57,898 nucleotides of DNA, filler included, from Basidiobolus ranarum (GCA_040143965.1; 2 parts of 2 records of this genome joined end to end with filler, not necessarily neighbours in it); one strand, 5' to 3'; positions 26,594 through 39,632 are shown, counted from the whole stretch's first letter. The notes: generated from the letters alone by a model not told the origin. A program made the numbers and translations.

Positions 26594-27666
26594 TCATTTA
26601 CCTGATTTTTTCGAGGGTTTCGAGGGCTTTTTGTTCAATTCATCTGGATTTAAGCCAAAGAGATCAAAGTTGTTGATCGTTGACGAGCGTACACCCACAG
26701 CCCATGGAGATTTCTCGATAATGATACGACGACTAGGGTTATTATTGGAATCTATATTCACAATGGGGATTTGTGTTAACAACTTTTGAAAATATCGTCG
26801 TCGAGCCCGTGGTGGGATAGCGGGATTTTGTAGTTGACCAAGTCCATCATGGTTTTTCCCTGGCATAAATCTAGGTTTCATCAAGTGAGAATTGTCATCG
26901 GAGAACTGTGCTTTCTTTTCGATTGTCTCCACGAATTCTTTGGGTAACGGCGGAACGACTGCGGAAAGGTTTCTTTCATGATGCTTCAGCTTCATATTTC
27001 GAACACGAACCGCGGTCAACGAAGTGTCTGGGGGAGTGCCAAGCTCAATTGACTTGAGCTGGGATTTGAGGAGTTGATGTAGAATTGGGTGCACCGGTTT
27101 GTTGAGAATTTTGGGATTTTCACCGAATTCATTATTAGGAGGAGGGGTCATAAAAGGCTTACAAACAGTTGTGTGAAAAGAGGAATATATAGAATTGAAG
27201 AAAAGTATTTCGTGACTTACCTTCAACAAGTCGTGTTTCCTTTTCCCCCGTCTAGAATACGCTAGCTCCATGATTCGCATCACCGACTTGCTGTCGTTTT
27301 CGTTGGCTTGCTTCAAATGTTTCAGCCCCTGATAGTTCACAGAAATATGAGTCAACTGTAGGAAAGTAGGAGTATAACCTTTTCTAAGACTGTACCTTTC
27401 GGCCTTCTGAGAGTTTACTTATTATTCTAGGCAGGTAACTCCATTGCTGATAAGTCCGAAAGCGCTCTCGAACTCTTTCCAGCACATACTCTCTAAGGGT
27501 TGATAAGATAGTGTCAGTAACAGTTGTTGCACATGTGTAAGGCTCAGGAGTACCTAGCGTGGTCATCAAAGAATCGAGAGCCCTCCTTAAGCAGGGCTTT
27601 GTATAGAGATAACGCCTCCTGTCTTGTATTTCTAAGGTGTGGTAAGGTGGGCGGAATAAAAGACAT
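26594..27666 (-). CDS. LYR-motif (Complex1_LYR-like) protein with long C-terminal extension, multi-exon
   Basis: Spliced: MSFIPPTLPHLRNTRQEALSLYKALLKEGSRFFDDHAR|EYVLERVRERFR...MELAYSRRGKRKHDLLK. Confidence 0.72.
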
Positions 27667-28072
27667 GTTTTATTGTAATATCGCAAATTAGCTGACCTGC
27701 AAACTGACCTACTAATTGAGTATACTCATCGAAAGCTCGTTCCTGATAAATAAATTTTTTGATGTATTTCAGTTCTATTCCGTAATACTCAGATCCAAAA
27801 GAACGATAAGAAAATGATAGATAAGCTTTTGGAATATTGTTATGGGGTACTGCAGAGTGAACTTGAATGAATATTATTCGTCAATACTCATGCATCGATA
27901 GCACTATTACTCTGGGAGGGATGACGTTCTTGATGATCCCATTTTTGTGGCCCTTGTTCGTCATGATTTCCCTGTATTTATCACTGGTTTTCATTCTTTC
28001 CATCTTTTAAAGCCGTTCCTCCTTCTTACAACTTCACTTGTTATTATTTTCTTTTCTTCTTACCCTTTAAAA

Positions 28073-28915
28073 ATGGAAGCTACTAGAGCCGATCAAGTTT
28101 ACATGGCCAAGCTCGCCGAGCAAGCCGAAAGATACGATGGTACGTTTTACTTTCATACAGTTGTTTACTTCATCTCTCTCCCTTTATTTGCAACCCCCTT
28201 TTGTTGAGCCATAGTTACATCTGATGTACTATGTAGAATACATCATCTAGACTTCAGTACACTGGCACGACCTACCACTAACCCTGTTTATTCATCTACA
28301 GAGATGGTCGAGAGTATGAAGCTAGTTGCGGCCGGAAACGAGGAACTTTCCGTCGAGGAACGTAATCTTCTTTCCGTCGCATACAAAAATGTTATTGGTG
28401 CTCGTCGTGCCTCATGGCGTATTGTCTCCTCTATTGAACAAAAAGAGGAGAGCAAAGGCAACGAAACTCAAGTCACCAAGATCAAATCTTACAGAAACAA
28501 AATCGAACAAGAACTTACCGACATTTGTCAAGATATTTTGAAGGTTCTTGATGAACATCTTGTTCCTAAGGCCAGTAATGGTGAATCTAAGGTCTTCTAC
28601 CTCAAGATGTAAGTTTATTTTTTCTATACTATTTTATGGACTTGATGGTTGACCATTTTCTTTTATCCAATATAGGAAGGGTGATTACTACCGTTATCTC
28701 TCTGAATTCGCCTCTGAGAACTTGCGCAGTGAGACTGCCGAGAAATCCTTGGAAGCTTACAAATCAGCCAGCGATGTTGCCGTTACTGAGCTCGCCCCTA
28801 CCCATCCTATCCGTCTTGGTCTCGCCTTGAACTTCTCTGTCTTTTATTATGAGATTCTTAACTCTCCTGACCGTGCCTGTCATCTTGCTAAGCAAGCATT
28901 CGACGATGCCATTGC
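28073..28915 (+). CDS. 14-3-3 protein, 3' end cut off by the N-spacer
   Basis: [70 protein letters not shown]. Confidence 0.98.
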
Positions 28916-29015
28916 NNNNNNNNNNNNNNNNNNNNNNNNNNNNNNNNNNNNNNNNNNNNTTAATTAATTAANNNNNNNNNNNNNNNNNNNNNNNNNNNNN
29001 NNNNNNNNNNNNNNN
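28916..29015. other. Artificial 100-nt joining spacer (N44 + TTAATTAATTAA + N44)
   Basis: A palindromic 12-mer at 28960-28971 with stops in all six frames, symmetrically flanked by Ns. It truncates the 14-3-3 gene. Confidence 0.97.
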
Positions 29016-29089
29016 TTTTGGATGTTGAGATAAAATTGTGAAAGACATTACTACGAGACTTGAGGGTGAATGAAGCACCTGCGAGTTAA

Positions 29090-31742
29090 TTACATGAAAT
29101 ACATCACCTTTTGCAAATCTGGTTTGAGCATAGAGTAAGTTCCCCCTTCACCATCCTCGCTTTCGAGGTCAGTATCGGAATAACTCCCTCCACGGAAGTG
29201 GAATCTTGCTCTAGTGCAAACCAGATCCGCATAATAAGCGGCCGGTACCACAGAGACAGATCTGGTGCAACGTGCGTATAAATAACACAAGCGATAGGTT
29301 AATTCTTGCAAAGTATTCGAGGTGAAGGCATTGTCATCATAGAGAACATGATAATGAGTGGAGCGGGAAGTTCCTTGAATTCCCGCATGACTTTGCAAAT
29401 AGAAATCGAATTCATAAGGATGAGTAATACTAGTGTCTACCACGGTTCCAGGCATACAATTACCGGAACGATCAGCTTGAGATTTATCCATTGGGAAGAA
29501 ACGAGCATGATGACGCTTTTGGACGACCACAAATGTAAGCTTTGGATTGTAGCCATTCTCTAAAGAACGACATGCCGAACGTACAGCTTCCACCTCTGCA
29601 TGAAGTACCTGTCCGAATTGTCCTTCTGAGACACCATCTCTGTAAAAGAGAATTTGCGCAGGCTTTTGATTGCAGGTTTTATAAAATGCTATCAACAACT
29701 CCTTAACCATACTAGCAAGTTCCGCAATGATTTCCGTTCTTCCAGCTTGAACACGAACGCAGGAAGCGTACCTAGAAACTCTTTTGTCCATGGAAGCAAC
29801 AACAGCAGCAATAGACGGTTTCGCATGTTCACCAGGACCTGGGTGAGTCACATCAGCTCCGAAGATAATGGTAGGTGCCTGTGAAATGAACGGAATTTGC
29901 TCTGGTGAAAGGAAGGAATTGATACCGCCAAGCTTAACATTCATTTTCAAGCATACATTAGCGCAATATTGTTTGTTCGGTTTGAACACGTGCTTTCCTT
30001 GAACACATTGGGTTGCAACACCTAGAACCGTGTCACTTACACGTTTAATCTCTCCGTAAAGTTGCACACCAGTATTTGGGAGTATACAAACAATGAGTTG
30101 AGGTTTCTTTTTTGTAGCTTCCCCTGCCTTGTACCAAGCGTTAGTGAGTGCTTGTTCAATATTGTCCCCTTGGACTTGATAAGGGAAATAACCGATAGGA
30201 GGGGAACGATGAGTAATATTCATTCCGGTGTCCATGCACGTTATAGTCAGCTCTTTAACGAAACTTTGAACTGCACCCAATGGGAAGTCTCGCTGAGATC
30301 CGAATACAGCAATGGACCATGAACCGAGGGTGGCTCCGGTGGCAACTTTTTTGTCACGAAGATTCCAGGCTCCACCTCTAGGTACAAGCTTGGGCTCTTT
30401 AGAACTTTCGTGGTAGCAAACCGTAGGAGGAGGTAAAACTCTTGCGTCGATTACTGTCATTTCGTTACTGATTTTCATTCCAAATTGTTGAAGATATTCG
30501 TTATCACGATAATTCAACACTTTAAGTCCTTGATTGATCTTGTTGGCACGGACGTGGGGAGGTTGGCAAGTAAATTTAATCATTTCTTGAGTTTGCTGCT
30601 CGTTAAGTTTTCTTATGTATTTTTGACCTGAAACGACTTCGCAAACTTCCATTGGGAACATGATCTCCTTTTTCTTGACCACAATACATGGTAAGTATGG
30701 ATAAGCCATACGAAGATTATATCTTTTCTGAAAGTAAGAAGCAACGGTTGACTCTTCCGACTCGGACTCACCAATACCAAATGTCTCTTGATGAGAGCCC
30801 TTTAAAGTGAGTTTTCGAATTTTATATTTTCTTTTATCCTCACCGCGATGAACCACTACAATGGATACATTTTTCAGTCCTTTTTCCAATCTAGCATGTT
30901 CACGAGGGGTAAGTGGTCTTTTCAGATCCTCTACTCCACGAAAACCGAGAATTTGTACAACAGTTTGAACCAAGGGACCTGCTTGATAAAATGCTGTAGC
31001 ACTAACATCAACATTAATCATCATCTTTTTAAGTGTTGGTCGTGCAGATTGGTAGAAACCCTGCCATACATCGATACCTCCACCTAAATGCCTAGAATCG
31101 GCTCTAGTATAAAAGGAATGACCAACTGAAGTATATAACATGGAAGGGCGATGGCGAATAAGAATATCCAAAGCCATAATGGCAGTTTGGCAGTTAGAAG
31201 TAATCTGATTTTTCCGTTAAGAAAGTGGTTTAATTCTTCCATGACAACGATACCAACTTTAACCAACTTAATGGTGAAAGTACGTGGCTCTCGTTTCGAA
31301 GATTTTCCAGAGTCTTCAGGTAAAGTGACCTGTTGGCGGAAGTGAATGAGTGAAGTGTGAGTTCATTATAGAAAATTTACTTAAGCCTCAAACAAATCAG
31401 TTTTACCGTAAAAGAAGCATGATCACCAAAGGGTAATGGCTTGGGGGAAAAGATATTTTTTCTTCCATCATAGACAGGTTTAATTCCCCCCAAATTGGTA
31501 GTACTATGTAAATCTTCAAATAATTGATAAATCTGACGACATATTGTCGAAGGAACGTCAGGAATGATAGTAACGTCGTAGTGATGAATATTGGCACCCG
31601 GGAAACAAATCACATCAAAAAAATTGGCTCTTATACGAATCTTTTTCCCAGAAGACCCAACAACAGGTCTTTTAGGCAACTTGGTTGGAACTATCACTTG
31701 CGAAGAGGCCATTGTTATAGCGTTAACCTCTCCTTGGCCCAT
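29090..31742 (-). CDS. Argonaute (N-L1-PAZ-MID-PIWI), one coding intron (31330-31406) and an apparent frameshift near 31209-31213
   Basis: IRANFF, YDGRKNIFS, PMEVC, QYCANVCLKMNVKLGG, GADVTH, YRDGVSEGQF, QKRHHARFF, PAYYAD and a C-terminal MYFM. Confidence 0.95.
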
Positions 31743-32018
31743 TTGATGGTGGATTTACTATAATTGTCACACATCAACCCCTGCAAGTATAACCTGAATG
31801 ATAGGGGTCATATTTCAATTGGTTGAATTAAAAAATATATACACACACTAAATCATCAAAGTCAAAGTCATTTGACTAAATGCTATTGATAATTAACTCT
31901 AAAGCATTTATTATTTTTCTCGAGCCCAACAACGAATGATAAATGAAAAAATGAAACATCTAAAACTCTAGTCTATGGAGAAGCAAAATCGGGAATTCTG
32001 AAACGTCACTCGTGCTCT

Positions 32019-33129
32019 TTATTGAGCATTAATAGTATATGTGGTTTCAATTGAGCTCGAAATGCATTGATCACCATCATCCTTATTGTATAGGTCGAAA
32101 ATAGAGCCCCGATAAGAATCTGCTAATAAGTAAGCTAATAGAAAGTTAGTATGATGCATTGATCTCTATTTCACAACACACATGCGTTAACTTACATTTT
32201 TCTTCGTATGGACCTATTGAGCAACTAAGTGAAGAGGCAGCAGATTCACCAATAAATTCACTCAACCCACTTGAAGAAAAGGAAGATAAACTTTCCTCAG
32301 CGAGTTCAGTTTGCTGTGCTGCACTGAATGGGGTATTTACTAGATATCTTGGTCTGTAGAATTCATTAAAAGAAGAAATCGCCAAAGCACGCACATTCTC
32401 TTTGGTACTCTTGAGCTCGCAAGTCATGTGGGGTGTGGTAGTCACTAGTGAGTCTTTAGGAGGACTTTGCACTTCAATACCAGTCTTGAAGGCAGGCAAT
32501 AGTTGAACGGCCTTGTTTCCCTTTGAACCTAGGGGACGTTCGGAAGATGCCAGTTCTTGGGCTGGAAATTGAATAGGAATTGTACCAATGGTGGAACTAG
32601 CCGTCACTAATATCGGGGCCGAGATGGTATGCTTTGAGAGCTTTTTACGTAAGATTTTCGCCTGAAATTTATCGGAGATTTCCCGAATTTTTGACGGCTT
32701 TGAGGATTTCATGGTGGATAGGAGATTTTCCAAGGATGTGGTAGACGATAAATTATGACTTATTGGCGTGTATCCTAGCAACACATCCATCTTACGTGTC
32801 AAATCTGGTTTAATTTGACTCAATTTTTTCCCAAGACGAGTTCTGGAGTAACCAGATAATGTGCGAGAAAAATTCCTCTTGGAATGAATTCTGTCCTCTG
32901 GGCTGATTGCGATGTTGCTCTCAACTGAGGAAGCGCGCCTTGCAAACTTTTGATGGCACATGGTACAAACGCTTGAACACTTTTCAGGTAACATGTGACT
33001 GGTCTCCTTTCCTGAGAGACACGCACGTATTTTGATGGGTAATCGAAGTGTTGGCAGACTCATTGGCCGAGATAACACTGGATATTTAGCGTTGGGTAGC
33101 TTGATTTTGGTTCTTGTTTCACCAATCAT
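32019..33129 (-). CDS. Hypothetical basic Ser/Thr-rich protein
   Basis: Long ORF (32146-33189, first ATG at 33129) with a GTAAGT donor near 32194 and a short in-frame last exon ending TAA at 32019-32021. No family recognised. Confidence 0.6.
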
Positions 33130-33964
33130 TCGAACAGATGTATAAAGGATATGCTTCAGATGAGTAAAGGTTAGGAGCTGGAGAGGCACACCCGGTGCTT
33201 ATATCCAAGTGCTGCTGTACAATTAACATTGTTGGGATAACAATTCGTAAATTCGAACGAACCGCATAATGCCGTTGTTGGCCGTTGTTCGCTCAGCATT
33301 ATATGGGTCATTCTTATTATAGCCTGAGGAAGCTAATATCATTGGATGGAAAATATATATGCGATATGAGGCCCATTCTTGAACATTGTGATCCATCCAA
33401 TTCATGAAAATCATGCCAATTTGGAGATGGAACGAAGTTTAAAACCAGGCCAATTTAGGAAATTTGAGTGCCATAGTGTTTAGGCGATCCTGTCCACGAG
33501 GACTGCAAGCATTAGGGTTAGGGTTACTCATTCCTAATTCTAAGGATATAAAAAGAGGACCGGTGTGGGTTCAAAAAATACAGGGCATTGTTTATTAGTT
33601 GCTACTAAAAAAAGAGCGAAGCAATTCGGCATGTTGATAGAGCGTTCAAGTAATTAAAATTCACAAAGTAAAGGTGAACGAATATCAGTTCTAACCGAGT
33701 GTAGTGTTGATACTCTCACCTTCAGTGTATGTATGAGCATCTTCACATAAAAGTGAGAAAATTTAAAAAACATAGTCAACTAAGATAATGAACGCTAGAA
33801 ATAGAAATAATCAAGGTACCATTGTGAGTTTACAATTGCCACCAAAAAGCTTGTCTACGACCGTATTTACAGTAAAACGTCAACTTCATAGGCATATCCA
33901 GTATTGCACAGTTAAAAAAGTCAAGAGAGGGTCTCTTCACTATCGCAATAGCTCGTGCTTAGGC

Positions 33965-34450
33965 TTATTCCGAAGGGTTGATAGTAGGCGGTAGCTTCAG
34001 AACCTTGTCTACATCTCAGGTATTAGTTGAGTGTTTTGGTTGGTGGTAAATAAAAGATTTACCTTTGTTGTGAACACTATATAAGAAAAGTGAAATAGTT
34101 TCATGCTCGTTAAGCGTTTGAGTAGCGAAATGTTCAGAAACGGCTGCAACAAGCTCAGCACGGTTAGATCTAGACTTCACATTAACTTTAAATACGCGTC
34201 TATATTTTCGGAGAATGTTCATATTAAACCCATCAAAGTCCAACTAAAAAATTCAAAAGAAAAGCAAATTAATCTTGATTCATAGAATTCACTAGTAACA
34301 CTGAAAAAGGATTACTTTAGGTTGAGCATCTGTTTGCGAGTTAGGATCGCTCTTTCTAGGGGACATCAATTTCTTATCTTCCTTATCCTTATCCTTCCCC
34401 CTACTCTTACTTTTAGTGGAACTCTTCGAGGACTTTGCTTTAGCAGCCAT
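33965..34450 (-). CDS. SAP30: Sin3-HDAC subunit Sap30-like protein (Sin3-binding domain), 3 exons
   Basis: MAAKAKSSK...QPK|LDFDGFNMNILRKYRRVFKVNVKSRSNRAELVAAVSEHFATQTLNEHETISLFLYSVHNK|DKVLKLP. Confidence 0.85.
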
Positions 34451-35100
34451 GACAAGACAGAGAAGGACGTGCGAAAATTAAGGGGATCTTGATTATTCTG
34501 AACAAACCACAAAGTAAGCGATTGAGATTCTTCAAATACAGGGACCTCCTTTTATATGAAGTAGCGAAAAAAAGTACAACAGAATACGATACTGGTAATG
34601 GGATCTTATTTAGGCGATGAGTATTGATAGAACTGAAGCATAGATGTTTACGATTGGTCAACTCTATTACTTGACCAGGTGAGATGGATTTTCCATGTCG
34701 CTTCCACAGATTTTCATTGTTTATCTAACAAGAATTAGCAACACAGTCTGATTTGACAGTAACAGTTAGTCGTGCAACACATGTAAATATCGAGAGTCGA
34801 GATTCCTTTTCGAGCAAAGTAATATGTATATATGGGCACAAGAGATTCAATGTCAGGTGACCACTTGATATTGTTTCATTTGGTAAAAGGTAATCTCGCA
34901 GGTGCTAGACCGTCACTTTTAGTCTTCCTAGATGTCAGTTGACGGTTTATAACACGAGTATTCAAACAACTATCCGTTCCGATCCGGATTTAGTTAGAAG
35001 CGGGGTTTTCGCGGAAAATAGATGCCACTCGTAGGATGTATATAAATGCCTATCCAATTTGAAATTTATTCAAACTAATACCACACCAATTACTCAGTTA

Positions 35101-36135
35101 ATGACACGAAAACCTCAATTCGATATTGTCCTTCAGAAGGATACCTACTACAAAGGATTGGATAATTCCATTGGCGTTACTATTCAAGGCTATCTGCGCT
35201 TCATGCCCACATCAAAGATAAAAATCAAGAAGCTTTATCTGGAGTTCGAGGGTAAACATGCTGTAGAGACAGCCAAAGGTTGATTCTTACTTATTCCATT
35301 GTTATTTTGAAGACCGTACTAACTAGGCTATCTAGATTTTCGTCAAAAGGAGGAGACGTTTTTTCAGCATCGATGGGACTTTGTAGATAGTGAATATGGA
35401 GAACTTCTCGAAGGCGGTAAAGAAAAGAAACTGAATTTTACGTTATCTTTACCTGGAGATCTACCAGAATCAGTTGAAGCAGACTGTGGTTCTATCCAGT
35501 ATAAATTCAAAGCGTACACTGATATCTACAACAGATACTTCAATTTGAAAAAGGAAACACCTATATTTTTACGACGTCACACCTCTGCTCTCCTTGACGA
35601 GCACTATATTACCGAAGTAGCGAATGTTTGGAGAGAAGCAGTATCATACTATCTCTGCATCCCCAGTGTCGAGGTTGCACCCGGAGACCAGTTTGCTTTA
35701 AAGGTTCATCACCGTGTTCTTAAAGATATGATACGTGTATTGTTGGTGGCGTGCATTCTTAAGGAGCATATAGTATACTATTCACCTAGTGATCCCAATA
35801 TTGTAGTTCGTGAACATGAAACATCGCTAGACACTGCTTTTGCCTGGTGTCAAGAAGATCACATGGGCGAGGGGAAGAGATCTATTGATATACGAATCCC
35901 ATCCACGATCAAATCTCTTGATAGCCGGAATAAGCGTATTGAGGTAACACATCGCTTGCATGTTCGTATTGATATTGATTGGCACGGTAGACTAGAAAAT
36001 ATCCATATTGATTTACCTGTTGCTATCGTGTCACAGATTGAGGGAACAGTAGAAGAGCTGCCTGATTACAACGCTTTGCCCTGTCCACCAACTTACGAAG
36101 AGCTCCTCCCGCGACATCATTTGATCGCTCTCTAA
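35101..36135 (+). CDS. Alpha-arrestin-like ubiquitin-ligase adaptor, 2 exons
   Basis: IKIKKLYLEFEG, LNFTLSLPGDLPESVEADCGSIQYKFKA, IEVTHRLHVRI, IDLPVAI and C-terminal LPDY/PPTY motifs. Confidence 0.85.
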
Positions 36136-36328
36136 TCGCATTTACTTAACAATATCTTCATCACATAATTCAATCAAATTTGTATATTGTCCATGTAATA
36201 ATTAGTGTATATGTATATATTTATATAAATAGCCCATTTAAATAGAAGTTCCCATCAAGGAATATGCATATAAAGTGTTCATGTCTCTATTGATGAGTGG
36301 AGAGTGTAGAATGATAAATATTGCCGAT

Positions 36329-37484
36329 TTAATTGAAGAGACCCTTGGCGGCTGCAACTTCAGCATTCAAAATACCACTACCAGCAGCTCCAAGAATGGT
36401 GTTATGCACCAATAGAGTGAATTTGATATCGAGGATATTGCACTTTCTGACTCTTCCAACTGTGACCGCTTGTCCCTTACAGTTATCGCGATCAAGTCTT
36501 GGTTGAGGTCTGTCACTACTGGAGTCATAGATAATGGCTTTTTCTGGGGCAGAATAGCATCCTAATGACTGCGCTTCACATGTGTATTTTTCCAACACTT
36601 CAATTACTTGCTCAGGTGTGGGCGCGGGCTTTTGATGGAAGCTAAGTGATACGCATTCAAGATGTCCATCAAGAACTGGCACACGGTTACAATGTGCAGA
36701 GATAGTAGTTTGAGAAAGTTCTTGGAAACTAGCACCGTCACTACCGACTGAGCCAAGAATTTTCAATGGTTCAGTCTCTAACTTGTCCTCTTCACCACTG
36801 ATATATGGGACTACATTATCAAGAATATCCAAAGAACTAACACCAGGGTATCCAGCACCGGAGATAGCTTGCATGGTTTGAACCATAATTTTATCCAATG
36901 GACCAAAAGCATCTTGAAGTGCCTTCAAAGGAACTGTAAGTCCAGTGGTGGAGCAGTTGGCGTTGGTGACAATGAACCCTTTTTTGGTGTTGTAAAGAGC
37001 ACGTTGTTGTGGGATGACATCAAAATGAGAGGTGTTGACTGTAGGGACGATGAGAGGAACAGCAGGCTCCATACGATAATTTTTAGCGTTAGAGAAAACT
37101 GGTATGTCAGCACCTTGGAAAGCCTTTTCTATTAGCCCCGAAGAAATAGAGTAGATTAGAGACAGTAATTAAATAGGATTGCAAAGTATGAAGCTTACCA
37201 ATCTCTCCAGCAACATCTGAGTCTAAACCAGAGAAAACAAAATGACACTCGCTGAAATATTGAGGTTCACAAGTTTGTACGGTTACAGTTTTCACACACT
37301 CGGGGATGGGAGAGCTCATTTTCCACTTGACAGCTTGAGGATACGGCTTTCCAGCTGAACGGCTGGAGGCACCCAAAGTATGAATCCTGAACTCAGGATG
37401 AGTGGCCAAGAGCGAGATAAAACGCTGACCTACTGTACCAGTAGCGCCCAAGATACCAACGTTGTAAGTTTTTCCGGAAGACAT
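36329..37484 (-). CDS. HOM2: Aspartate-semialdehyde dehydrogenase, one intron
   Basis: VGILGATGTVGQRF, TNANCST, MQAISGAGYPG, CNRVPVLDGH, HNTILGAAG. Confidence 0.97.
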
Positions 37485-37730
37485 GAGAGGAAAAGAGAAT
37501 AGACTGTTACCGAAGCCAATTTTCTTTCAAAGTGGCTCTAATATTTATGATTATCGAAAATTGAGTTCCTAAAACAGACGATGACTCAACTTGGGTCATA
37601 GAAATATTAGCGGATATGGCCGATCTACTCACAACTTGATTAGCTTTATTATAGATGAATGATCTGTGTAATCTCAGCTTGTGCATTGCATTGTATGAGT
37701 AAGAGTTATTCACGTTGAATCTTGGTCGGG

Positions 37731-37790
37731 TGTATTGGGTGTATTGGGAGTATGGGGAGTATGTGGAGTATGGGCGGTACGGTATGGGCC
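37731..37790. repeat. Degenerate ~9-bp G/T-rich tandem repeat
   Basis: tgtattggg tgtattggg agtatgggg agtatgtgg agtatgggc ... gtatgggc. Confidence 0.6.
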
Positions 37791-38729
37791 AAAAAGATCA
37801 ATTTTGTTGGTATTTACACGATATGAAGAAAGGGTAAAGGCTTCGTAAATTTCTAATTAGATGGGAAGACATTTCCCCGGAATGTTTGGAAAACGGCGGC
37901 TTTGTTTACATGTCAGTCCAAGTCTACAGTTAGTTGATCCACGATATACACGCAGCGTCTTCGTATTAATTCGGACTCCACCACAAGACGTGCCGAGCTA
38001 AACATAGAAATTAATCGCAGATCTGTCCTTGCTAGTAAGGCTATGCTACTTACGTCTCCTGATTCTCGACACCAACCGAACTCATTTGACTCATATCCAA
38101 TCCTTCTAACGCATTCCGAAGCTTGTGGACTAGAAATTTAAAGTAGGTCAATCACTTTTCGATGATAAAGTTTAAGTAGAGATCATGAATACCATTTGAT
38201 TTTTTCGGGGCCACCACAAACACCTTATATTGAATATCGATTAGAATCAATTTGTATTTCGCATTTTGATACAGTAACTTAATTTAGCTTACTAGAAGAG
38301 CCCCAGATTAGATTTGGCGGATAGCTGTCTTGAAACACCATCTTCGAATTCACTAAAGCTGACCACAAGCAAATTATCTTCACTAGCGTCCACCACATTG
38401 CGCAGATTTACAGGAGAGCGCGGGTTAATGACCATAAGTGTTGCTCGATTACGCTTTTATACTTTCACTTTACCCCTTTTCCTTCTACTCCGAATGACAT
38501 CCAATCCGCTTTCTACACTGCTGCATACAGTATGTGACGAGTGAATTGCGAAGGCGCTGACTTTCAACATGCATATGAGGGTGTGGCTATGGCTATGACT
38601 ATAGATTGGACTGTAATTAAATTATCAAACACCCCCTCACCATTCATTGCTGACCATTCGTCGTTGACCATCCAGACAATCCCGTATCCTGGTTAAATTG
38701 TTGAGTGTAAAATGTTCCGCATTTTATTC

Positions 38730-38850
38730 AATCCATTTCCTCTATTTAATCCATTTCCTCTATTTAATCCATTTCCTCTATTTAATCCATTTCCTCTATT
38801 TAATCCATTTCCTCTATTTAATCCATTTCCTCTATTTAATCCATTTCCTC
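38730..38850. repeat. Perfect 18-bp minisatellite (AATCCATTTCCTCTATTT) x6.7
   Basis: Six identical units plus a 13-nt partial unit. Confidence 0.95.
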
Positions 38851-39281
38851 AATCTACTCCTCAATTGTACAATCCACTTGCTCCATTCTAAGTATTCATC
38901 CCCAATCTAATCTCCGTTGCGTGTGCTTATTGTACTTTCCATCCTCCACACGCCCCACATATATGAGCGTAACTTACCGTAAAATAATCCTTTTCATAAC
39001 TGCATAAAATCTATCCGGTTTCTTTCATTAAATATTTGTTGCTTTCAGCAAACCTACTGCATAAGCAAGATATACAATGTACTAACCTGTGCATTGAAGT
39101 TTGCCACCAGACTTATTCTCTACATCATCGATATTTCAAAGTCCAATACTTAAATCCACCGGTGCTCCGAACTGGTGAGGGAGATGCCTTTGGATTTGTA
39201 AGTTTGTCATAGATAGACATTTGGTATTGTTCACTGACCAAATTATAATAGCAGTTGTTTAGATAATCATGAGGTCCTTGA

Positions 39282-39628
39282 TGTTGAAATTAGCATTGCC
39301 TAAACACCTATATAGTCATGTATAGCTTAGTGCTTAGTTATCTTATATTGAACTAAGATATTACCCATTATTCTCATGAGGAATTTACTTGGAATATTGA
39401 CACCAACTTAGAAGTTTAAAGATATATAGATTTTTTAAACTTGTGCTAGAAGCCCCAACCTTGCACACATGCTCCTGGGACCTTCCTTAAAACATTCTAC
39501 ATGTTAGTTTGCTTACATCTGGACAAAACTATAAATGTCAACTGAATATTCAATAAATAAATAAGTGAAAACCACCAATTTCTCTAATTCTCCAAACCAC
39601 TTCCAACTGGCTCCCAAATACTTTAACA
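39282..39628 (+). mobile_element. 5' LTR of a Ty1/copia retrotransposon
   Basis: Starts TGTTG and ends TAACA, with TATAAAT (~39530) and AATAAA (~39552). Immediately followed by GTTTATGAGCCC, which resembles the copia-type GGTTATGGGCCC primer-binding site, and then by gag. Confidence 0.8.
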
Positions 39629-39632
39629 GTTT

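Noticed and set aside
33143..33151. Minus-strand ATATCCTTT (and GTATCCTTT near 41000-41008) as U12 donors
   Set aside because: Neither lies at a needed exon boundary and no matching U12 branch point or acceptor was found. I found no bona fide U12 intron in the window.
33512..33526. TAACCCTAACCCTAA (minus strand) as a telomerase RNA template
   Set aside because: 2.5 repeats is longer than typical templates and no pseudoknot was recognised. Better treated as a telobox.
38698..38910. ORF with IHFLYL repeats
   Set aside because: A translation by-product of the 18-bp minisatellite, with a non-ATG start.
38963..39281. Possible spliced host gene interrupted by the LTR (MSVTYP|NLLHKQ...GDAFGF|)
   Set aside because: Splice signals are plausible, but the next exon hits a stop at once and no homology is recognisable.
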